Below are positions 27,173 through 33,927 of a stretch of 57,472 bases of DNA, piece by piece. The DNA comes from a virus (lineage: Duplodnaviria > Caudoviricetes): the IMG/VR virus record IMGVR_UViG_3300044648_000205, positions 1-57,472 of that record. One strand, written 5' to 3'. The position numbers and the translations under genes are program-made. The notes under the pieces are model-generated. The model was not told the DNA's origin and did not search any database. It was given only the letters and a program-made list of their open reading frames with translations. Position 1 is the first letter of the stretch. Each line of letters starts with the position of its first letter.

Positions 27173-27352
27173 TCAGCCGTTCAGCTTCGCTGCCTTCTTG
27201 TCGGCGTCGGCCTTCGTCTTGTAGTTCTTGCCGACTCCCTGGCCAGTCTTGGTGTCGAACACCTGGTGGGTGGTCTGTCCGCCCTGGCTGCGGGTCATCA
27301 CGATGTAGCGGGCGCGGATGCTGTCGTCGCCGTAGCTGATCATCGGTCGCAT
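27173..27352 (-). CDS. Hypothetical protein (59 aa), single-gene cassette
   Basis: Own promoter and terminator; VFDTKTG...YKTKADADKKAAKLN. Confidence 0.75.
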   Translation of the reverse strand: MRPMISYGDDSIRARYIVMTRSQGGQTTHQVFDTKTGQGVGKNYKTKADADKKAAKLNG

Positions 27353-27354
27353 TC

Positions 27355-27403
27355 GGTTCTCCTCTGTTGAGTTGTTCCTGCTGTGAGAACTACTGTACCC
27401 CCT
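27355..27403 (-). repeat. 49-bp promoter/leader repeat, identical (inverted) to 52360-52408
   Basis: AGGGGGTACAGTAGTTCTCACAGCAGGAACAACTCAACAGAGGAGAACC. Confidence 0.95.
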
Positions 27404-27420
27404 GCCGACGTGGGTGTCAA
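27392..27420 (-). promoter_or_regulatory. Cassette promoter
   Basis: TTGACA-N17-TACAGT. Confidence 0.85.
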
Positions 27421-27440
27421 CAGGGGGTACAGGGTGAGTT

Positions 27441-27602
27441 TCAGTCGTCGTCTTCGTCCTGCTCGTACACGACGCCAGGCCGGGTGTCCCGGTCGTCGTC
27501 ATCGTCGTCATCGTCGCTGGCGCCCAGGGCAATGAACCCTGCCGCCAGCACGCCGGCCACCCATCCGGCGATCTTGCGCTTGCTCCTGGAACTCAAGGGC
27601 AT
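27441..27602 (-). CDS. Small membrane protein with poly-Asp tail
   Basis: MPLSSRSKRKIAGWVAGVLAAGFIALGASDDDDDDDDRD...; RBS GAGGA. Confidence 0.65.
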   Translation of the reverse strand: MPLSSRSKRKIAGWVAGVLAAGFIALGASDDDDDDDDRDTRPGVVYEQDEDDD

Positions 27603-27630
27603 TCGGATGTCCTCTCAGGTTAGTGGGTAT

Positions 27631-27816
27631 CTACCGGGCGGTGCCGTCCACTGGCTTGCGACCTCCACCCGGGCAGGGCACCCGGCCACCCTGCGGCGGC
27701 TTCCACGTGTGCGGACCCATATACGGGTGTGGCGAGTTGCGGTTCAGCAGCGCCTTCCTCTTGCGGCAGTTGGGGCACTGGCCCACGCGGGGGGCCTTGG
27801 GCTTCTTCTCGGCCAC
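27631..27816 (-). CDS. Small basic zinc-binding protein
   Basis: GQCPNCRK...MGPH...CPGGG. Confidence 0.7.
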   Translation of the reverse strand: MAEKKPKAPRVGQCPNCRKRKALLNRNSPHPYMGPHTWKPPQGGRVPCPGGGRKPVDGTAR

Positions 27817-27839
27817 GTAATCCTCTCGATCGTCGGGAC

Positions 27840-28205
27840 TCAGGACAGCTCGACCCGGTAGCCACGACCCAAGTCGACCACGGTCCAGGCGGAGCCGAGC
27901 AGTTCGCGCGCCAGATCGCTGGCCACGACGCTCGGGCGGACCTCCACGGCCTTCCCGTCCGGGTAGGTGATGAAGCGGCGACCGGTGCGACGGCTGGCGA
28001 CGGCGGTGGACTGGGCGGCCATGAACTCGGCCCAGTCGGTGCCGGCGAGCTGCTCGCCGGTGGGCGGCTGCGCGATGACCGTGTGGGGCGTGTACGTCAA
28101 GGTGAGGGTCCAGCCGTCGGAGGTCTTCTCGGCCTTGACGGTGTGGTAGCCCCGGCCGGTGGTGGTGCGGGCGTACTCGGTGAAGCGGGGGGCGGTGACG
28201 TTCAT
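27840..28205 (-). CDS. Hypothetical protein
   Basis: First gene of cassette; GAAGGACCC RBS. Confidence 0.75.
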   Translation of the reverse strand: MNVTAPRFTEYARTTTGRGYHTVKAEKTSDGWTLTLTYTPHTVIAQPPTGEQLAGTDWAEFMAAQSTAVASRRTGRRFITYPDGKAVEVRPSVVASDLARELLGSAWTVVDLGRGYRVELS

Positions 28206-28248
28206 GGTGTCGGGTCCTTCTGGAAGTCGTTCCCTGCTGACAAGAAGA

Positions 28249-28277
28249 ACACTACACCCCCGTCGCTCTGGGGTCAA
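28249..28277 (-). promoter_or_regulatory. Cassette promoter
   Basis: TTGACC-N17-TAGTGT with CAGCAGGGAACGAC leader. Confidence 0.75.
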
Positions 28278-28289
28278 GTGGAAGTTTGA

Positions 28290-28646
28290 GGAGCGCATCC
28301 AACCGCCCCGGTTCGGACCTCTGGACCCGACCTACCCAGCTGGGCGGGGAGTGTGATGCCTCTCGGCGTACACGGCCCCGGCTGGGCGGTTTCGGCGTGC
28401 CCTGGATGCGAGCCCACGCGAGTGGTCTCGGCCGGATCGTGCCTTGCGCTACATGATCGCCGATGCGACCCGGTGGCCAAACCAGGCCGATCGACGGCAT
28501 GCCGCCTTCGACTACCGACTTCCCCTCGCTCGGCGTCCCGAGGTCTTGGGGGCGAAGCTGGGGCCGCCCTCGGCACGGCCAGGCATCCGAGGGCGGCGTG
28601 CAGGCTTCCACCCTGCGGGTCCGGCCGAAGCCGGGGAAGTAGGCGG
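28290..28646 (-). ncRNA. Candidate structured ncRNA(s), distal part of RNA operon
   Basis: Helices 28633-40/28518-25, 28641-46/28502-07, 28403-10/28294-301, 28384-91/28301-08; UUCG and GNRA tetraloops; no credible ORF. Confidence 0.5.
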
Positions 28647-28723
28647 GGAAGTGCTGCCGTTACACCATCCCGGCAGACCCTGGTGAGTCCCACCGGGGAG
28701 GGATTCGAACCCCCACCTTCCCC
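28645..28723 (-). ncRNA. Circularly permuted tRNA mimic (YrlA-like topology)
   Basis: GGGGAA - T arm GGGGG-TTCGAAT-CCCTC - acceptor-like stem closed by ACCA loop - D arm GTGT-AACGGCA-GCAC - TTCCCC. Confidence 0.75.
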
Positions 28724-28725
28724 TA

Positions 28726-28796
28726 GGCACACGGGACCGGATTCGAACCGGCATGCCACCCCGTCAGGGGCTCGCTCACCCTTGGCGTACCCGCAT
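28726..28796 (-). tRNA. Atypical or pseudo tRNA with 4-nt anticodon loop (undetermined isotype)
   Basis: Acceptor ATGCGGG/CCCGTGT, T arm GCCGG-TTCGAAT-CCGGT, anticodon arm GCCCC-TGAC-GGGGT. Confidence 0.6.
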
Positions 28797-28917
28797 TGAC
28801 CACGTGCCCACCTGTGCGGGCGGTCTTCCGGCGTGTCCGCACCGACGCCGGAAGTTGGAGCGTGGCCTGCCCCTGTCGTTTGTCGATCACCCCGCCCCGA
28901 CAGGTAGGGCGGGAGAG

Positions 28918-29070
28918 TCACTTCCACTTGTGGCCGCAGGGGCAGGAGTGCTTCCCCTTGTGGCCCTTGGGTCTGATCGTGCAGTGATGGTCGCCGTGGT
29001 TGAGGCGACAGCTCAACGGGGTCCGCGTGCTGGCCGGGCACGGCAGAAAGCTGTCTACCGAACTTCTCAT
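28918..29070 (-). CDS. 50-aa Cys/His-rich peptide inside the RNA operon
   Basis: CRLNHGDHHC...HKGKHSCPCGHKWK; GAGG upstream but very close to the ATG. Confidence 0.55.
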   Translation of the reverse strand: MRSSVDSFLPCPASTRTPLSCRLNHGDHHCTIRPKGHKGKHSCPCGHKWK

Positions 29071-29160
29071 GGCCTCGCTTCCGGCAGTTGTTTGACAGGC
29101 GGGCACGGACGGCGCCGAGATGCCAGGCGTGACCCTGGCGCCGCCGGTCCGTGCCCGGCG

Positions 29161-29232
29161 TAGTGCGTACGGGGGTTGCACCCGTGTCTCCGCCTTGAGA
29201 GGGCGGAATCCGTGCTACTGGACCAACGCACC
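29161..29232 (-). tRNA. tRNA-Glu(CTC), no encoded CCA
   Basis: GGTGCGT/ACGCACT acceptor, GTCC/GGAT D stem, CCGCC-CTCTCAA-GGCGG anticodon arm, ACGGG-TGCAACC-CCCGT T arm. Confidence 0.8.
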
Positions 29233-29237
29233 ATGTG

Positions 29238-30205
29238 GCCCCCAGGTGGTTCTTTCCGCTGCTCCACCTGGGGGCGCTTTGTGTGCCACGGCGGCTACAG
29301 CGGTGCCGATGCGCAATCCGTGGGACATCTAGGTGCCCGGCTGCTGCCCACGGATGTGCCGCAGGACATCGGCCGGCCGGGCCTCGACCGTCACTCGGTC
29401 ACCCGAAGTTTGACCCTCGGGCGCTTGTGAGGGCATTTGATTACCCAGCGCCCTACTGGGCCAGCTGAGTCCGCTGGCGACTCGGAGTCCCTTTGCCCGG
29501 CGGGATATCCGACTCGGCCCTGACAGGCTTCCTGGGACGCCTCGGGCTGGCCGAGCTAGGCGGGTGGTGGTATCGCAGACACCCACTGCGCCGCACTCAC
29601 GCCGCTGGCCACGGCCCCGCTGTCGGTTGGGGCGTCCGTCCGCGCCCGACCACCCGATACGCCGAGGCGTTCGATGGTCTGCCGGAACTTTAGGTCGGGG
29701 CGAGCCGATCGCTACTCGGCTACCTCCTGCCTGGTCACCAGGGTTGCGAAGCCTGGCTACTGAGGCCGGGGTGCGCGCATACACTGCGCCCCTCGGCGGT
29801 GAGGGCAGGTTCGCGGCCCGTCTCTCCCGCCGTGCTAGCAGCGTTGATAACCCAGTCGCAGCCCTGGGGCCGGTAACGAGCCGGCATTGATCCCCCGTAC
29901 AGGTGCACCGCTTCGCGCGCTCGCTCTGGGTGGCAGGCCGAAACCGATGTGCCACTGCTCCGTTGCGATTGCGGCCAGTCTGTCCACACCCCGTAGGGAT
30001 TCTGTGCACGACGTGGCGCCTGGTAGCCGCGAGCACCTGCCACCTGTCCGTCCTCTTTCCCGGCTCACGTACGCCTCGCTTTATGGTCCCTGGACTGTGA
30101 TCTCCGAGGGGGTGAGGTCGTCACGTCGTGCGCTGGCCGACTCCCGGTGGTCACAGGTCGAGCTGGGGAGCGCGTCCGGTCCAGTCTGGGGAGCCGGCCA
30201 GCAGT
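29238..30205 (-). ncRNA. Candidate large, multiply pseudoknotted ncRNA (about 1 kb)
   Basis: Many 7-14 bp long-range and crossing helices; G-U pairs valid only on the minus strand; between a boxA-like leader and a tRNA; no credible ORF. Confidence 0.7.
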
Positions 30206-30209
30206 TCAT

Positions 30210-30224
30210 GGAGTTGTCAAGATC
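30210..30224 (-). promoter_or_regulatory. boxA-like antitermination element
   Basis: GATCTTGACAACTCC about 50 nt after the predicted start site, resembling Gram-positive rrn boxA (TTGA.AACT). Confidence 0.5.
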
Positions 30225-30278
30225 CGGTGCCGTGACCCTCGCTTCCGGCTTCCCGGTGCGCCTGGCCTGACACGAAGA

Positions 30279-30323
30279 ACATTACCCACGTCCCTAGGGG
30301 GTGTCAACCCCCTAGGGACGTGG
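30279..30323 (-). promoter_or_regulatory. Promoter of the RNA operon, embedded in a perfect 17-bp inverted repeat
   Basis: TTGACA-N17-TAATGT; arms 30286-30302 and 30307-30323. Confidence 0.8.
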
Positions 30324-30338
30324 TTCGCTGACGCAAAT

Positions 30339-30542
30339 CTACTTCGAGCGTGCCGCGCCCGGGTAGCGCTTGAACTTGAGGCTGGTCCAGCCGTGGCCGG
30401 CACGCGGACCGTGCGCGGTCAGGACCTTCTTCAGCTGCCGCTCGGTGGACTCGCGGACGACCAGCGGGCAGTCGGGGCACTCGGCGGCGACGCCTGCACC
30501 CTGCGAGTTGTCGAAGATCCCGATCAGGCGTGCCTTACTCAT
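30339..30542 (-). CDS. Basic C2H2-type zinc-finger protein
   Basis: AECPDC...AHGPRAGHGWT; similar to 25860-26060. Confidence 0.7.
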   Translation of the reverse strand: MSKARLIGIFDNSQGAGVAAECPDCPLVVRESTERQLKKVLTAHGPRAGHGWTSLKFKRYPGAARSK

Positions 30543-31486
30543 GGGCTGCATTCCCCTTCGTGGTTGATCACGTCCGCGCACTGTTCGGGCGGGGACTCGG
30601 CGTGGCTGTATACCGGGTTGGGGCACTGCTCGCGGGCAGGCTCGTTCTCGTACAGCGTGCGCCAGCGCTTCAGGTCGGCGCGGTAGTTCTCGGCGTCGCG
30701 GGCGGACTGGTCGCTGCGCAGGAAGTCGGCCAGACCCGGAGTGTTGTCGTCGAGGTCGCCGGCCTTCAGGACGACGCCCGGTGCGATCTTCGGCGTGTCG
30801 AGCGCGCTGCCGCTGCTGGCGTACTGGATTCCACCTCGGTCGGTGTGGATGTCCACCTGCTTGAATGCCTCGACGGCGGCGTCGTGGGCGCTTGCGTGAG
30901 GCTCTTCCTCGGCCATCCAGGACCGCACCGGCTCAGGCAGGTCGTCGGTCTTCATGGTCAACGTGGCGGTGGTCGCCATGCTCTTCACGTCGAGGGCCTG
31001 GGCGCGTCCGGTGACGGCCCAGGAGTCGCCGATGGGCTTGCCCTCGGCGTCCAGCGGGGTGATGCGGAGGTTGGTGGCGTAGCCGATCATCTTCCCGTCG
31101 TCGGTGTACACCTCGGCGGCACCCTTGGGGATGCGCTGCACGCGGATGACGCCGTTGGCCTTGGCCTCGTTCAGGGCGGCCGTGAAGCGCTGCAGGGGCG
31201 TAGAGGCGCTGGGCCGGTACTTCCACCACACCACGAAGTTGATGGCCGCTACGGGGATCATGAGGCCCTGTGCCCAGCGGAAGCCGCCCAGCGCGCTGAT
31301 GATGCCGAACGCCAGGAACGTGCACTGGGTGAGGAACAGGACGGCCCAGGCGGTGCCCTGCGCGGGCTCGATCAGGTGGCGACGGCCGTGGTTGCCGAGC
31401 CACCGGGCGAGCGCCGGCCCGTGGAGGGTGGCGGCGATCGGGTTGCCGAAGCCGATGATCCAGGCCAGCAGTTCGAGGGTGGTCAT
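30539..31486 (-). CDS. Membrane protein (about 3 N-terminal TMs) with soluble C-terminal region
   Basis: 315 aa, coupled on both sides. Confidence 0.75.
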   Translation of the reverse strand: MTTLELLAWIIGFGNPIAATLHGPALARWLGNHGRRHLIEPAQGTAWAVLFLTQCTFLAFGIISALGGFRWAQGLMIPVAAINFVVWWKYRPSASTPLQRFTAALNEAKANGVIRVQRIPKGAAEVYTDDGKMIGYATNLRITPLDAEGKPIGDSWAVTGRAQALDVKSMATTATLTMKTDDLPEPVRSWMAEEEPHASAHDAAVEAFKQVDIHTDRGGIQYASSGSALDTPKIAPGVVLKAGDLDDNTPGLADFLRSDQSARDAENYRADLKRWRTLYENEPAREQCPNPVYSHAESPPEQCADVINHEGECSP

Positions 31487-31737
31487 CGGTCGGCGTCCTC
31501 ACAGCTGATGTTGTTCATGTTGCGGTCCAGGTACGGGTCGTAGCCCAGGGTGCCTTCGCGGTGCGGGCCGGGTCCGGCTGCCGCCGTGGCTGCCTCGCAG
31601 TTGGCGTAGCGGCCGATCTCCGGAACGCTGGTGCTCGTGCCAGGCTCAGGGCGGATGGGTGTGTCGTTCTCGAAGATGATGCCGAGCAGGCCAATGGCGG
31701 ACACCACGACCGCAATCCAGAGGATGGCGCGGATCAC
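31483..31737 (-). CDS. Membrane-anchored Excalibur calcium-binding domain protein
   Basis: TM then YANCEAA...G...GYDPYLDRNMNNISCE. Confidence 0.75.
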   Translation of the reverse strand: MIRAILWIAVVVSAIGLLGIIFENDTPIRPEPGTSTSVPEIGRYANCEAATAAAGPGPHREGTLGYDPYLDRNMNNISCEDADR

Positions 31738-32162
31738 AGGGCACCAGCCAGGGTCAGGAGGGCTCGGGCCGTGTAGTAGTCGACCTGCATGGGCGCACCG
31801 GTCTGCGGGTGCCGGCCGACGCCAACCCAGAGCGGGCGAGTTGCCCCGTGGATGGCCCGGTAGTCGGCGGCCCACTGGTCCAGGATGCTGACGGTCAGGC
31901 CGGGTGCCGAGCCGTGCAGCTGGGCGGCCGGCTGGTCGGGGTCGACGATGCGCATGGACATCTGTTCGGCCATCTCGGGGCCGATGGCGGCGGCCAGGCC
32001 GGTGACGACGCGGGCGAGGGCGGCGGCCACCTGACCGGGCGTGGCGCCGATGTGATTGCCGTCCGGCTGCTGGATGGCGGCGTAGACGGACAGCTCTCCG
32101 CGCCCCTCTTCGTCGTACTCGGTGTGGATGTCCACGGGTGGAATGTCCGTTTTCGAGGGCAT
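31734..32162 (-). CDS. Hypothetical protein
   Basis: 142 aa with GGAG RBS. Confidence 0.7.
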   Translation of the reverse strand: MPSKTDIPPVDIHTEYDEEGRGELSVYAAIQQPDGNHIGATPGQVAAALARVVTGLAAAIGPEMAEQMSMRIVDPDQPAAQLHGSAPGLTVSILDQWAADYRAIHGATRPLWVGVGRHPQTGAPMQVDYYTARALLTLAGAL

Positions 32163-32182
32163 TTCTTACTCTCCGTTAGTTT

Positions 32183-32212
32183 TGCCGGTCTCCCGCCGGT
32201 GGGAGACCGGCA
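32183..32212. terminator. Terminator-like hairpin
   Basis: TGCCGGTCTCCC...GGGAGACCGGCA followed by CTTTT. Confidence 0.6.
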
Positions 32213-32229
32213 CTTTTCTATACGCAGAG

Positions 32230-32457
32230 TTACTTCTTGTTCTTCCGCGCCAGGCGCTTCAGCCGCGCCGCCTCCTTCTTCGCCTGCTTCACCTTCTTGG
32301 TGATGGCCTTCTGCAGGGCCTTGGCCTCGGCGGCGCGCTTCTTCTTGGCCTTGGCCTGCGCCTTCCGCTCGGCGACGGCCTCCCCGATCATCTCGTCGTA
32401 GCGCATGCGGGAGCCCTTGGCCACCTTGCGCTGGAACTCGCGGTCCTTCTTGCTCAT
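32230..32457 (-). CDS. Lys/Ala-rich basic protein
   Basis: MSKKDREFQRK...ARKNKK. Confidence 0.7.
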   Translation of the reverse strand: MSKKDREFQRKVAKGSRMRYDEMIGEAVAERKAQAKAKKKRAAEAKALQKAITKKVKQAKKEAARLKRLARKNKK

Positions 32458-32511
32458 CGGGTGTAACCCCTTCATCGGGTGTTGCCGGTTAGTTCGGGCT
32501 GTACGGGGTGG

Positions 32512-32901
32512 TCACATGTTGTCGACGGCCTGGAGAGCCATGCCCGCGCCGTCGATGAGGGCGCCGTGGACGCGCTGCCACTCTCCCGGGGTGGCGCTGT
32601 CGATGGGGCGAGCAAGCTGCGTGTTGATGGCGTCGGCCAGGGTCGCGATGATGCTCGCGAGCTGGTCGTTCTGTCGGGCGTCGTCGGCGGGGTCGGTGCG
32701 GGCGTCACTCATTTCGATGTGGTCCCAGGTGCCGGCGTCCCAGGTGGCCACGATGTCGGCGCCTTCGTAGATGCTGAGGGCGTCGTTGCTGGCGCCTTTC
32801 CAGCCGTTGGCCTGCGGGTAGGTGACGGGGGCTGCGGATCCGTCGAGCTTGGCTCGAGGCCAGAGGGTGACGCCAGCGGCTTCGGGGCGGTGGGCGTTCA
32901 C
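32512..32901 (-). CDS. Hypothetical protein
   Basis: GTG after AAGGGG. Confidence 0.65.
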   Translation of the reverse strand: MNAHRPEAAGVTLWPRAKLDGSAAPVTYPQANGWKGASNDALSIYEGADIVATWDAGTWDHIEMSDARTDPADDARQNDQLASIIATLADAINTQLARPIDSATPGEWQRVHGALIDGAGMALQAVDNM

Positions 32902-32963
32902 GTGGTCCCCTTGGGGGTGGTGCGTCCCCGGTCGGTGGCCGGGGACGCACGCTGGGTCGATCA

Positions 32964-33209
32964 TCAGCTGGTGGTGATCTTGTCTTCGGGGCGGCGCTGG
33001 CAGCCGTACACGTCGCCCACCTCCCACTTGTCGGTCTGGGGGATGTCGATGTCGATGTCTTCGCCCTCGCAGTACACGGTCAGTTCGGTGGTGTCGAACT
33101 CCTGCTCCACCTCCCTGACTTCGCCCTCCTGGGGGAACAGACTGCAGCCGGTGACGAGCAGGGTAAGGGTGAGCAGGATGGCGCTGGCGGCGCCTCGGGT
33201 GGTGTTCAC
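32964..33209 (-). CDS. Lipoprotein
   Basis: Signal peptide with lipobox LVTGC, acidic mature part. Confidence 0.75.
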   Translation of the reverse strand: MNTTRGAASAILLTLTLLVTGCSLFPQEGEVREVEQEFDTTELTVYCEGEDIDIDIPQTDKWEVGDVYGCQRRPEDKITTS

Positions 33210-33697
33210 GGGTGATCCTCTCGGGGTTCCTGAATGGTGTTCAGCAGGTCGTCGTGGGCGGTGCCGTCGGTGTGCTCATAGGTGCTGGGGGCGTTCGCGC
33301 GGGCGGTCATGGCCCGGAGGGGCTGGCCGTCGATGGGGCAGATGCTGGCCCGGAGCGGGTAGTGCTTGCCCGGGTCGGTGAGGTCTTCGTACGGGTCACG
33401 GATGAGTAGGTGCGGGGGCAGGTCAAGGGCGGCGGCGATCTTGTGCAGCAGGCCGCGCCGGGCGGCGGAGGCGCGCTCCTCCGGGGTGCCACGTCGCGGG
33501 TGGACGGTGGCCAGGTTGCAAATCTCGTCGCTGAGCCGGTCGAGCATGACCGGCAGGTACTGCTCGAGGTCTGCCTGGTCGCCGAACCGGGCCACGTTGG
33601 TCTTCCCTCGGTTGACCGCCTCGGCGACCTGATGGCCGTGGTCGTCGATCTCCTCGACCAGAAGGTCGACGGACAGGCGCACTCGGAGCGCGGTCAC
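33206..33697 (-). CDS. Hypothetical protein
   Basis: GTGA-coupled; C-term CPIDG...HTDGTAH. Confidence 0.7.
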   Translation of the reverse strand: MTALRVRLSVDLLVEEIDDHGHQVAEAVNRGKTNVARFGDQADLEQYLPVMLDRLSDEICNLATVHPRRGTPEERASAARRGLLHKIAAALDLPPHLLIRDPYEDLTDPGKHYPLRASICPIDGQPLRAMTARANAPSTYEHTDGTAHDDLLNTIQEPREDHP

Positions 33698-33927
33698 TTC
33701 CCCTCCTTGAGGCGCTTGGCGGCCTTCTTCTCGTCGGCCTTGTTTTGGGACTTCACGGCGGCCTTGAGGGCTCGGCGGGCGTTGACCTGGGCCTGGCCTT
33801 TCTTGGCGTGTCGACCCTCGGTGGAGATGACCGCGCCGTAGGCGGTGCGGGTGGTCAAGGTGATGATCCAGTCGCCGTCGCTGGCCTGCTGCTCGGTGGC
33901 GTCGACACTGGGCCACTTGGCGGTCAC
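33694..33927 (-). CDS. Small basic protein, WP-family paralogue 4
   Basis: KWP...DWIITLTT..YG...GRHAKKGQAQVNARRAL. Confidence 0.75.
   Translation of the reverse strand: MTAKWPSVDATEQQASDGDWIITLTTRTAYGAVISTEGRHAKKGQAQVNARRALKAAVKSQNKADEKKAAKRLKEGK

Noticed and set aside
24177..28277. Recurrent ACTGTACCCCC motif as a CRISPR array or integron attC array
   Set aside because: Spacing is hundreds of bp and irregular, the motif maps onto -35/-10 promoter boxes, and no cas or integrase gene was seen
28505..28512. GUCGAAGG resembling the YrlA Ro-binding motif
   Set aside because: Lies 3' of and outside the tRNA-like domain, is short enough to occur by chance, and no Ro60 gene was recognised
28645..28796. 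Two-piece (permuted) tmRNA
   Set aside because: Has a full D arm, lacks the alanine G3-U70 GGGG acceptor signature and no tag reading frame was found
30215..30220. TTGACA as a second promoter -35 box
   Set aside because: No TANNNT at 17-18 nt spacing; better explained as part of a boxA-like element
28252..30270. Multiple 60-255 aa ORFs on both strands in the RNA operon
   Set aside because: Arg/Pro/Gly-rich junk composition, no RBS, several overlap tRNA structures; only the 50-aa Cys/His ORF was kept
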